Below, one piece after another: positions 9,001-17,204 of a DNA stretch of 64,000 nucleotides. The notes under the pieces were generated by a model. It worked only from the letters and a program-made list of their open reading frames with translations. It was not told the DNA's origin and did not search any database. Source of the DNA: a virus. Lineage: Duplodnaviria; Caudoviricetes. A program made the position numbers and the translations under genes. The DNA lies in the IMG/VR virus record IMGVR_UViG_2806310684_000002, positions 3,827 through 67,826 of that record. The stretch is one strand, 5' to 3'. Positions within the stretch are counted from its first letter, which is position 1; each line of letters opens with the position of its first letter.

Positions 9001-9780
9001 ATGAAATGGACAGACGAATCCATAACAATAGCTGTTTTTGAATTAAAGGACAAACTCGGAGTAGCTCGTATGCCAAGTAGTACAGAAATGAGAAATAATA
9101 AACAAACCGGATTAATGAGAGCCATTACTGTATCAGGTGGGATGGCACGTTGGTCTAATATTCTAGGTCTACCGATGAAAGAAAAAGAAAAGTTTTGGAC
9201 GGATGAACGGATCGAAAAAGAAATAAGAAAAGCCATGGAATTGTTTGTGATAAATAGGATGCCTACAGCTAGTGAACTGACATCTATAGGCAGAAACGAT
9301 TTGCACTGCGCTTTGAGTAAATCAGAATTGAAATACTCAGGTTGGGCTAAAAAACTTGGATTGGAAATGAAATATTCCGAAACGGTCAAAGGGAACAAGT
9401 ACGAATTAATGATTAAAAATAGAATTGAGCAAATTTCAAATGATTTATTCGTTAAAGAAATGACCACAAGACATCCATATGACTTATTAATCAATGATTG
9501 TGTAAAGGTTGATGTAAAGGTAGCCTCACCTTACTTACTTAGAGGCGAAAGTATAGTTCACACATTTGGTATAAACAAAAAGTATGGAACTTGTGACATT
9601 TATATCTGTATAGCGCTGGATGAAAACGAAGAGATTGAAAGAACCTTTATTATCCCAGCATCACACTTACAGATCGTTACATTGTGTGTAGGTAAAGATA
9701 GTAAGTACAACAAGTACTTAGACAACTGGAATTTCCTTTATCAGTTTGTTCGTCAATATGAAAGGGCCATAAGCATATGA
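9001..9780 (+). CDS. Putative homing-type nuclease (two WTDE.I repeats plus a PD-(D/E)XK domain)
   Basis: KWTDESI..RMPSSTEM and FWTDERI..RMPTASEL repeats; PYDLLINDCVKVDVK. Confidence 0.65.
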   Translation: MKWTDESITIAVFELKDKLGVARMPSSTEMRNNKQTGLMRAITVSGGMARWSNILGLPMKEKEKFWTDERIEKEIRKAMELFVINRMPTASELTSIGRNDLHCALSKSELKYSGWAKKLGLEMKYSETVKGNKYELMIKNRIEQISNDLFVKEMTTRHPYDLLINDCVKVDVKVASPYLLRGESIVHTFGINKKYGTCDIYICIALDENEEIERTFIIPASHLQIVTLCVGKDSKYNKYLDNWNFLYQFVRQYERAISI

Positions 9781-10400
9781 AAATACACTTGGCTACTGAT
9801 ACACAATTAGAAGAAATCACTAAACATGATCATGACTGCCCTCCCTCTCTTTTGGGAGAGGTAGTTGAGGAGATGTTAAATAGAAATCTATTCGACAGGA
9901 TGATTACTCATTGTTGCAAAATGGTGTTCGGAAGTTTTAACCGAATGAAGGAATTACACAGCATGGAGTTAGAAGATTTTTTACAGATAGGGCGCACAGC
10001 TGTATTTAAGGCGGTCAAGATGTTCGAACCCGGGAAAGGGAAATCATTTTCTAGTTTTGTTCACATGTTTATTAAACAAAGAATTGTTGAGTGTATCAAG
10101 TTCTTGGAAAGAGATAGGCGAGATCAGCGTAATGAATTCAGGGATATTGAGACAGAGGATGGCTTAAATATGTTTTATTTCATGCCAAGCCAGACAAATG
10201 TCGAGAAGTTCGTCATTAACAAAATCATGATAGAGGATTTCCTGAATCAATTGACCGAACGGCAAAGGCAAGTGATGGAGTTATATCTTAAGGACCACAA
10301 CTTCGAGGAAATCGCAGAAATGTTAGGGAGAAAAGGCAAAGGGCGATCTTTAAATAAGACCTATAACGATGCAATGAAAAAATTGAGAAAAGGGGCGTAA
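9777..10400 (+). CDS. Phage sigma-70 family sigma factor
   Basis: EDFLQIG..FKAVKMFEPGKGKSFSSF (region 2); LTERQRQV..EEIAEMLG (region 4). Confidence 0.85.
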   Translation: MKIHLATDTQLEEITKHDHDCPPSLLGEVVEEMLNRNLFDRMITHCCKMVFGSFNRMKELHSMELEDFLQIGRTAVFKAVKMFEPGKGKSFSSFVHMFIKQRIVECIKFLERDRRDQRNEFRDIETEDGLNMFYFMPSQTNVEKFVINKIMIEDFLNQLTERQRQVMELYLKDHNFEEIAEMLGRKGKGRSLNKTYNDAMKKLRKGA

Positions 10401-10402
10401 GT

Positions 10403-10729
10403 ATGAATTTTAATGAATACCAACAATTATCTAAAAGGACAATGCCAGGGACACATGATGGGAAAGCATTAGCAAATTATGCATTAGGTCTTACGGGGGA
10501 AGCCGGGGAGTGTGCGGACATCATCAAGAAAGAAGTATTCCATGGCCACAGAAGGGATGCTCAAGCGATTAAAAAGGAACTGGGTGACGTATTACATTAT
10601 TTGACTGGTTTAGCCACCATGTACGGATACACGCTGGAAGAAGTAGCGAATGCAAATATTGAAAAGCTGATGAAGCGTTATCCAAGTGGTTTTTCAAAAG
10701 AGGCAAGCATCAAGAGGATTGATGTATGA
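10403..10729 (+). CDS. MazG-like nucleotide pyrophosphohydrolase
   Basis: LGLTGEAGECADIIKK..ELGDVLHYL..NIEKLMKRYP. Confidence 0.92.
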   Translation: MNFNEYQQLSKRTMPGTHDGKALANYALGLTGEAGECADIIKKEVFHGHRRDAQAIKKELGDVLHYLTGLATMYGYTLEEVANANIEKLMKRYPSGFSKEASIKRIDV

Positions 10730-10872
10730 GTGATCAAGAACGTGCAACCATGATTGAATGGTTAGCCATGACAGGATATAGCAAACAGTATTACGAAAAA
10801 ATGAGTGATAAAGAATTAGAGTTTTATTACCGTGAAATGCTGGAGGAAAACAATGGGGAAAATCAACAGTAA
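10726..10872 (+). CDS. BH0509-like small protein
   Basis: ERATMIEWL..YYEKMSDKELEFYY. Confidence 0.6.
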   Translation: MSDQERATMIEWLAMTGYSKQYYEKMSDKELEFYYREMLEENNGENQQ

Positions 10873-11284
10873 GAAAACAATCGTGGGCGGCATCGTATTT
10901 GACAGCCAAACAGAAGGACAATACTATCAGTACCTTACCAATGATCCTAATGTGAAACATATAGAGTTACAGCCTAAATACACCTTGTTAGAAGCTTTCA
11001 AGATAAGCTGCAGCAAATGCATCGGGGAGGGCAAAACGCCTTCTCCAAAGACTAACAGGATGATTAAATGCAGGACATGTGAAGGGACAGGCAAGAAAAG
11101 CCGGCAACCCTGGACCTATAAAGCTGATTTTAAAGTAACCTACATGAATGGTAATGAGGAAGTAATCGATGTGAAAGGCTTTGCTAACGAACGATTTCCA
11201 CTGGTTAAGAAGATGTGGGAAAGAAAATACGGACAAGAGCTGATCGTGGTGAAGAAAGTAAAAGGTGGATGGAAAAGAGGTTGA
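10853..11284 (+). CDS. DUF1064 family nuclease with an inserted CxxCxGxG zinc finger
   Basis: FDSQTE..LQPKYTL..YKADF..IDVKG; CSKCIGEG and CRTCEGTG. Confidence 0.8.
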   Translation: MGKINSKKTIVGGIVFDSQTEGQYYQYLTNDPNVKHIELQPKYTLLEAFKISCSKCIGEGKTPSPKTNRMIKCRTCEGTGKKSRQPWTYKADFKVTYMNGNEEVIDVKGFANERFPLVKKMWERKYGQELIVVKKVKGGWKRG

Positions 11285-11286
11285 GC

Positions 11287-11622
11287 GTGAAAACAATTGA
11301 GATGTCAGAAGTCGTTCAAGAAATGATGAACGTAAAAACCCGTATGGATGGATCAATTAAAGAAGCATACAAACAAGCAAAAGTTAAGGATGCAGCTGAA
11401 CGAGAATATAGAAAGCAGTTAGCGAAAGAGATACTGAAGCTAAAATCAGAAGGGTATCAAGCCACATTGATTGGAGACATCGCAAGGGGGAATTGTGCAG
11501 ACTTGAAATTCGAAAGAGATATAGCTAAAACACTTTACGATTGTGCAAAGGATTCAAAGGATGTATTGAAAGCTGAAGCAAGTATGCTGCAAACGATAGC
11601 GAAATTCCAAACTGATTTATAG
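11287..11622 (+). CDS. Conserved phage coiled-coil protein
   Basis: AEREYRKQLAKEILKLK..ATLIGDIARG. Confidence 0.7.
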   Translation: MKTIEMSEVVQEMMNVKTRMDGSIKEAYKQAKVKDAAEREYRKQLAKEILKLKSEGYQATLIGDIARGNCADLKFERDIAKTLYDCAKDSKDVLKAEASMLQTIAKFQTDL

Positions 11623-11642
11623 GGTGCGTATCAATACGAGCT

Positions 11643-11737
11643 AAATAAAAAACCCCTAGGTGAGATATTTCAGTTCCTGGTAGACCGTCACCTAAGGGTT
11701 AATGCGAGCAGGCGTATACCTGACTAACCACAGTATA
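11643..11737 (-). ncRNA. Putative stand-alone small RNA cassette
   Basis: Minus-strand TATACT -10; hairpin CAGG-TATACG-CCTG; stem ACCCTTAGGTGA..TCACCTAGGGGT followed by T6. Confidence 0.55.
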
Positions 11738-11799
11738 AAATGAATTTTTTTATAAATAAAGAGTTAACGAGTGAAACGGTTAAGTGAAGATATGGTGTT

Positions 11800-11821
11800 A
11801 CTGAGTGGGCAAAAACTGTTC
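11800..11821. repeat. Cassette-boundary site (ACTGAGT-GGGCAAAA-ACTGTTC)
   Basis: AGT-N8-ACTGT just upstream of the RBS of the next small gene. Confidence 0.65.
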
Positions 11822-11840
11822 ATTAAAAAGGGGTGGTTGA

Positions 11841-12002
11841 GTGAAGCAAACAAACGACATAGTGGATTTATGGATGAAGTTTTGTGAAGCAAACAATGCA
11901 ACATTTATCGAAGGAGGACAAGGGATATACACCTTTAGAGATAAGGTAGGTAGAAAATGGTGGTACTTGTCGGAAAAACAGTTGAGAGAACTTTTTGATT
12001 AA
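11841..12002 (+). CDS. Small accessory protein (53 aa)
   Basis: RBS GGGGTG, GTG start, MKQTNDIVDLW...RELFD. Confidence 0.6.
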   Translation: MKQTNDIVDLWMKFCEANNATFIEGGQGIYTFRDKVGRKWWYLSEKQLRELFD

Positions 12003-12009
12003 TATTATG

Positions 12010-12031
12010 TCGCAGTACGATTAAACAGTGA
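12010..12031. repeat. Cassette-boundary site (TCGCAGT-ACGATTAA-ACAGTGA)
   Basis: Lies between a stop codon (12002) and RBS AGGAGG. Confidence 0.8.
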
Positions 12032-12048
12032 AGGAGGATGATGACATT

Positions 12049-12201
12049 ATGAGTAAAAATTGCGGTATTAGATTTTGTCCACATTGCGGGATTACAACAG
12101 ATAATGAGTTTTTAAATACTCCATTAGGAAATGGTGCTGAATGGGTGTGTAGCGGTTGTGAAAATCACGTGGAAGCTTACATTTTAGACGATGGAGAATA
12201 A
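12049..12201 (+). CDS. Zinc-ribbon microprotein (50 aa)
   Basis: FCPHCG...WVCSGC. Confidence 0.65.
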   Translation: MSKNCGIRFCPHCGITTDNEFLNTPLGNGAEWVCSGCENHVEAYILDDGE

Positions 12202-12202
12202 C

Positions 12203-12238
12203 AAACTGTCCGAACAAACAAGCACACACAAATAGTGC
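12203..12238. repeat. Chained, overlapping cassette-boundary sites
   Basis: ACTGT-CCGAACAA-ACAAGC-ACACACAA-ATAGTGC. Confidence 0.6.
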
Positions 12239-12255
12239 GGAATGGAGGGATATAA

Positions 12256-12492
12256 TTGAATATAAAAACTTTTGAAGAGGCGAGTAATCTTAAAGTTTTG
12301 ATTGAAGCAGAAGAAAGAAATATTAAAGGGTGGATGGAATTATTCAATTCCAATGAAGTGGCTCTTTCATCTGCTACAAAACCACAAAAAATGTTTTTAA
12401 CGGGAGATAAAAAGGAGAAAGTTAAAGAGATTATCATTAGTGAAAACAAGAAAAGACTGGAGGAACACAGACAAAGATTCGAAAGCCTTTAA
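12256..12492 (+). CDS. Small accessory protein (78 aa)
   Basis: ORF track; RBS GGAGG. Confidence 0.7.
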   Translation: MNIKTFEEASNLKVLIEAEERNIKGWMELFNSNEVALSSATKPQKMFLTGDKKEKVKEIIISENKKRLEEHRQRFESL

Positions 12493-12493
12493 T

Positions 12494-12515
12494 ACGCCGT
12501 TTGAATAAACAGTGA
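12494..12515. repeat. Cassette-boundary site (ACGCCGT-TTGAATAA-ACAGTGA)
   Basis: 1 bp after a stop codon and directly before the RBS of the ArpU-type gene. Confidence 0.8.
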
Positions 12516-12527
12516 AGGAGGAAACAC

Positions 12528-12974
12528 ATGAATCAACTATCCTTTTTAAACACATCCATCAGCAAAGAAGCCAAACGTCAGGCAGAGAAGCTAATGAGCC
12601 GGTATAAAGTACTGGATGCCCTTATCGAGAGTAGAAAGTTAGACTTGGAACCAAGGATGACACAAAACCCGGAACCAAGCGAGATCCAAAGAGGTAACCA
12701 GTTTTATAGCTCAGTAGAGAATACAGTAATGACTGAATTTGAGATTGAGGAATATGTAAGAACCAAAAGGAAACTAAGTTTAATTTATGACTCACTGAAA
12801 CCAGAACAGCAAAAAATATGGGATCATCGGTATATCAATGGCAAATATGATACGGATGTACACTATGACTTAGATATTAGACGAAGGACGTATTACAGAT
12901 TAAAAAGGGAAATGGTCGCGATAGTGGCTGAATCATTTGGATTTAATGAGAATAAAATTAGTGGCACTAAATAG
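12528..12974 (+). CDS. ArpU/RinA family late transcriptional activator
   Basis: SLKPEQQKIWDHRY..LDIRRRTYYRLKRE; last early gene before the packaging module. Confidence 0.85.
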   Translation: MNQLSFLNTSISKEAKRQAEKLMSRYKVLDALIESRKLDLEPRMTQNPEPSEIQRGNQFYSSVENTVMTEFEIEEYVRTKRKLSLIYDSLKPEQQKIWDHRYINGKYDTDVHYDLDIRRRTYYRLKREMVAIVAESFGFNENKISGTK

Positions 12975-13224
12975 CTACAAAAACGCACAACATTTCCAAT
13001 ATTGATGTAGTAAGATGATAGTATGGAAAATTAAACATACCCTAACGAAAGGGTCATGTTGGTGATAGTAAAGACGGCTGTTCCTTGCCAGGCAGCCGTT
13101 TTCTTATGTTCTTTGTAAACTAGGCATGCAGAATGGTTGGTAAGTCTTGTGCTTAGTTTAGAGTGAATATGCAGCAGGAGAATAGTCCCTTTTGTCGAAA
13201 TTAGTAGACGAGGGGAGTGATAAA

Positions 13225-13422
13225 ATGGATAATAACCAGGAATTAATTAAACTTATGCAAGTAATAACACAAATTGATGAAAACTTGATGGAAACAGTTA
13301 ATTCTAGAAAAAAAGATGTTATTTCGCTTTATGCTATAGTAGATTTGCTTGTTGAAAAAGGGATATTAACTGAGGATGAAATCAATAAGAAAAGAAATGA
13401 ACTAAGAAGAGAATTTGAATAA
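13225..13422 (+). CDS. Moron: hypothetical protein
   Basis: RBS GGGGAG; LLVEKGILTEDEI; own promoter and terminator. Confidence 0.65.
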   Translation: MDNNQELIKLMQVITQIDENLMETVNSRKKDVISLYAIVDLLVEKGILTEDEINKKRNELRREFE

Positions 13423-13428
13423 ATTTGA

Positions 13429-13460
13429 GGGCATCCATTAATTTGGGTGCTTTTTTTATT
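13429..13460 (+). terminator. Rho-independent terminator
   Basis: GCATCCA..TGGGTGC followed by a T run. Confidence 0.75.
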
Positions 13461-13472
13461 GGGGTGAGAACA

Positions 13473-13619
13473 ATGAATCCTGTTGAGAAGAAGAAACCAG
13501 TTAAGAAGGCAATACAGAAGAAATCTGAAAAGATGAGCCGGCGTGATTGGGAAGAGATTATGGGGATGAACAGAGATACCTTCTCAAGGAAACGTGGAGG
13601 ATCAATCACAAGGAAATAA
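13473..13619 (+). CDS. Small basic phage protein
   Basis: SRRDWEEIMG..RGG; homolog at 47433. Confidence 0.65.
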   Translation: MNPVEKKKPVKKAIQKKSEKMSRRDWEEIMGMNRDTFSRKRGGSITRK

Positions 13620-13637
13620 AAAAGACCCATCACAGGG

Positions 13638-13829
13638 TCAGATACTTTTCTTCATGCCGCAATGACGACATTCGCGTATATAAAGAAAGTCTTTAACGGA
13701 ACTTTTGAATTGGGCATTATTGCAGTTATCGCATCGCCCACTCTTTATATCAGGGTAGTCATTATAATCATAAACGATGGATGTATCGTAGCTTTTGTTT
13801 TCTTCTTCAGACAAATTGTTCACCTTCAT
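13638..13829 (-). CDS. Zinc-ribbon small protein (moron)
   Basis: CDNC...CRHCG. Confidence 0.6.
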   Translation of the reverse strand: MKVNNLSEEENKSYDTSIVYDYNDYPDIKSGRCDNCNNAQFKSSVKDFLYIRECRHCGMKKSI

Positions 13830-13889
13830 TATTGGATTTAACTTTATATATGATATCAGATAATCATTGAGGGAGGTAGGTGTGATGAC

Positions 13890-14324
13890 ATGAAACTAAC
13901 AGAGAAGCAGAAACGATTCGCTGATTTTTATATTGAGACAGGGAACGGCGTGGATTCAGCAAGAAGAGCAGGATATAAAGGGAACAACTTAAACAAGATA
14001 GCGAGCGAGAACTTGACGAAACTAGACATACGTAAATATGTAGATGAACGGATTGCAGAGAAAGAAAGCAAACAGATAGCCAAACAGGATGAAGTCTTGA
14101 CGTTCCTCACAAGTATTATGAGAGGCGAACAGAAAGAAGAAGTTTTGCGAGGCATTGGTGAAGGTGCTCAGACCATAGATGATATGGATGTAGGGGCGAA
14201 GGATAGGATTAAGGCTGCTGAACTTCTTGGTAAGCGTTACGCCATGTGGACTGACAAACAAGATATCGATGTAAAAGGTGTTGTGACATTTGTTGATGAT
14301 ATAGGTGATGAGGATGGAGCGTAA
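13890..14324 (+). CDS. terS: Terminase small subunit
   Basis: KLTEKQKRFADFY..SARRAGY..RIKAAELLGKRY. Confidence 0.93.
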   Translation: MKLTEKQKRFADFYIETGNGVDSARRAGYKGNNLNKIASENLTKLDIRKYVDERIAEKESKQIAKQDEVLTFLTSIMRGEQKEEVLRGIGEGAQTIDDMDVGAKDRIKAAELLGKRYAMWTDKQDIDVKGVVTFVDDIGDEDGA

Positions 14325-15582
14325 GCTATCTGAGTTTCTCCCGAAACACTTCTTTCCTGTATGGAGAGCAGCAAACAATCCTGATATTTTAAATATTGTC
14401 TGTAAGGGAGGCAGGGGTTCCGGTAAGTCATCGGATATTGCACATATAATCGTCCAATTACTTATGAGGCATGCCATTAACGGTGTGGGGATCAGGAAGA
14501 TTGATAACACGATTGAGCTGTCTATATTTGAACAGATGAAATGGGCCATTAGTGAGCAGGGTGTAAGCCATCTATTTAAGGTCAATAAGTCACCAATGCG
14601 TATCACCTATATCCCAAGAGGGAATTACATGGTGTTTCGTGGTGCCCAGGAGCCGGAACGGATTAAGTCCTTAAAATCAGCCAACTTCCCATTTGCTTTA
14701 GCTTGGCTGGAAGAACTGGCGGAATTCAAAACTGAAGATGAAGTTACGGTCATCACCAACTCCCTTTTGCGTGGAGAATTGGAGGATGGTCTTTTTTATA
14801 AATTCTTTTACTCGTACAATCCTCCGAAGAGAAAACAATCTTGGGTGAATAAGAAGTATGAGACGCAATTTGTATCCAATAATACATTCGTGCATCATTC
14901 AACTTATATGGATAACCCGTTCATCTCGAAACAATTCATCGCGGAGGCTGAAGCTGCCAAAGAACGAAGTGAATTGAGGTATCGATGGGAGTATCTTGGT
15001 CATGCGATTGGTTCCGGTGTTGTTCCGTTTGATAACTTAGTGTTCCGTACCATTACTGACGAAGAATACAACTCTTTCGATAATATCAGGCAGGGTAATG
15101 ACTTCGGTTATGGTCCAGATCCTTTATCTTTTGTACGTTGGCACTATGATAAGACACGTAATCGGATATACGCCATGGATGAGATATATGGACACAAAAT
15201 CAGCAATAGGGACTTAGCATCAAGAATTAAGGAAAGAGGCTATGTGCGCCATAGAGTCATTGCTGACAGCGCGGAGCCTAAGAGTATTGATGAGTTGAGG
15301 GATTATGGCATAAAGATCATTGGAGCCAAGAAGGGGCCTGACTCTGTACAGTACGGTGAAGAATGGCTGGATGATTTAGAGGAGATTATCATTGATGTAA
15401 ACAGAACCCCTAACACCGCAAGGGAATTTGAATCAGCAGATTATGCTACTGATAAGAATGGTGATCCTCTTCCGAGGTTGGAGGATAAGAACAATCATAC
15501 GATCGATGCCACACGATATGCCTTTGAAGATGACATGAAGAAGACAGCTAAATTGGTTACTGGTAGAAGATTAACACGTTAA
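14314..15582 (+). CDS. terL: Terminase large subunit, PBSX family
   Basis: KGGRGSGKS, WLEE, NDFGY, ADSAEPKSI, NHTIDATRY. Confidence 0.96.
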   Translation: MERKLSEFLPKHFFPVWRAANNPDILNIVCKGGRGSGKSSDIAHIIVQLLMRHAINGVGIRKIDNTIELSIFEQMKWAISEQGVSHLFKVNKSPMRITYIPRGNYMVFRGAQEPERIKSLKSANFPFALAWLEELAEFKTEDEVTVITNSLLRGELEDGLFYKFFYSYNPPKRKQSWVNKKYETQFVSNNTFVHHSTYMDNPFISKQFIAEAEAAKERSELRYRWEYLGHAIGSGVVPFDNLVFRTITDEEYNSFDNIRQGNDFGYGPDPLSFVRWHYDKTRNRIYAMDEIYGHKISNRDLASRIKERGYVRHRVIADSAEPKSIDELRDYGIKIIGAKKGPDSVQYGEEWLDDLEEIIIDVNRTPNTAREFESADYATDKNGDPLPRLEDKNNHTIDATRYAFEDDMKKTAKLVTGRRLTR

Positions 15583-15593
15583 GGGGGAATGAG

Positions 15594-15788
15594 ATGGAAT
15601 TAGGGCAGAACTTCCTCTTGGTAGCTGACGGGCTGGAAATATCGGCTGATCATACAAGTGATGGATGGTATTGTTTGGAGTTAGTGAATGAAGATGATTT
15701 ATTTTTTAAGGATTTAGGGGTCATAAAATTCGATGACCTAATCAATGAGGTATCTGAAGGTAAATATAAATTAATTAAAACGGTATAG
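15594..15788 (+). CDS. Hypothetical protein between terL and portal
   Basis: ORF track; RBS AAGGGGG. Confidence 0.6.
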   Translation: MELGQNFLLVADGLEISADHTSDGWYCLELVNEDDLFFKDLGVIKFDDLINEVSEGKYKLIKTV

Positions 15789-15806
15789 AGATTGAGGTGA
15801 AAACAC

Positions 15807-17204
15807 TTGGATTTTTCTTATGAGTTAGAACAGCTCGAACAAGGAATCAGGACTCCTGAATTGATACAGAAAATTATTAGCAAACACAAAGAACGTGCTG
15901 AGAAGATGAAACTGCTATATGAGAGATACAAAACAACCTCAGTCCCTATTTTCGATAGGACTCTGGATGACCCAATGGAAGTAAATAATCAAGTGAACAA
16001 TGATTTTTTCTCGGAAATTATTGATACAAAGGTGGGTTACTTCGCTGGCTCGCCAGTAAGTTATCTAACAGAGAATGATGATTCAGGGGACGGAATCATA
16101 AAGGAATTTGGGGACAGGAACAGGCTGGCGGATTTAGATGCTGAGGCCACTAAGTTTGCTGCAATATGCGGGTATGGTGCCAGGTTCATTTACATTGATA
16201 CTGATGGCAAGGAAAGAGCTGCTAATGTGAATCCTTGGGAAGCAATCTTGCTTGGTGAAAAGGGAATGGATGAGCCTGACTATGGACTCCGATATTACAA
16301 ATCCTTTAATGAACAAGGCAAGGAGCAACTAAGGGTTGAACTATGTGAATCAGGATTAATCACTGAATATAGGGGATCAATCAGCGAACTAAAGGAATTC
16401 AAGAAAACCAATCAGCCTTTTTCCGTTTGTCAGATGTACGGAATCATGAATAACGAGGAGCTGCAGGGTGATGGTGAAAAGGTGCTTGCTCTTATCGATG
16501 CGTATGACCGTGCTATTTCAGATGTTAACAGTGAGATTGAAGCGTTTAGGTTGGCTTATATGGCCTTCTATGGGGTGGAGGCTCCGTCGCCAGAGGACGA
16601 ACAATCATTTGCGAAGACTGGAACCTTTTACTTTAGGAATGATGGGCAAGGGGGCGGGCAGAAAGCCGAGTTCATCTCTAAAAGCCTTCAGGATACTGCC
16701 ATAGAGAACCACTTAAATAGGCTTCACAATAACATTTACCGATTCTCTCAGACGCCTGATATGGCTGACGAGGCGTTTGCTGGTAATTCAAGTGGTGTTG
16801 CCATGAAGTTTAAAATACTTGCTCTGGAAAACAAGACAGCGGGCTTTGAACGTAAGTTTAAATCATCTGCCATCCGGATGTTCGAGATTCTGCAAAGTTC
16901 TTGGGCGAAGAGAAGTATTCAGATTGATCCATATACGATTGAGATGAAGTTCACTCGTACTTTCCCACTTGATTTGTTGTATGAGGCTCAGGCTAGTGCT
17001 CAGTTGAAAGGTTTGGTGAGTGAGGAAACGCGCTTAAGCCAATTATCATTTGTTGCCAATCCTGCGGAGGAAGTGACAGCCATGGAAGCAGAATCAGAAC
17101 TGTACGACTTAGGCGGTGATGATGATGGACAAATGGGATCAACATCTTCAAGATCTACAGAAAAGGTTAAACAAGAAGGAAAAAAAGTTACTCAGGCAGA
17201 TTAA
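15807..17204 (+). CDS. Portal protein, SPP1 gp6-like
   Basis: LIDAYD..FAGNSSGVAMKFK..VSEETRLSQL. Confidence 0.93.
   Translation: MDFSYELEQLEQGIRTPELIQKIISKHKERAEKMKLLYERYKTTSVPIFDRTLDDPMEVNNQVNNDFFSEIIDTKVGYFAGSPVSYLTENDDSGDGIIKEFGDRNRLADLDAEATKFAAICGYGARFIYIDTDGKERAANVNPWEAILLGEKGMDEPDYGLRYYKSFNEQGKEQLRVELCESGLITEYRGSISELKEFKKTNQPFSVCQMYGIMNNEELQGDGEKVLALIDAYDRAISDVNSEIEAFRLAYMAFYGVEAPSPEDEQSFAKTGTFYFRNDGQGGGQKAEFISKSLQDTAIENHLNRLHNNIYRFSQTPDMADEAFAGNSSGVAMKFKILALENKTAGFERKFKSSAIRMFEILQSSWAKRSIQIDPYTIEMKFTRTFPLDLLYEAQASAQLKGLVSEETRLSQLSFVANPAEEVTAMEAESELYDLGGDDDGQMGSTSSRSTEKVKQEGKKVTQAD

Noticed and set aside
11660-11690. TCTACCAGGAAC (minus strand) resembling the purine riboswitch J2/3-P3 region
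   Set aside because: No P1/P2 stems or loop-loop partner, and no downstream gene.
11963-11984. TTGT-CGGAAAA-ACAGTT site-like sequence
   Set aside because: Spacer is 7 bp and it lies inside an ORF with no boundary context.
11989-12016. TTATGT-containing dif-like match beside the 12010 site
   Set aside because: The XerC-side arm and outer XerD bases do not fit. The cassette sites do not resemble dif.
2159-12515. CRISPR interpretation of the repeated sites
   Set aside because: Repeats are degenerate and separated by 150-300 bp genes rather than 30-40 bp spacers; no cas genes.
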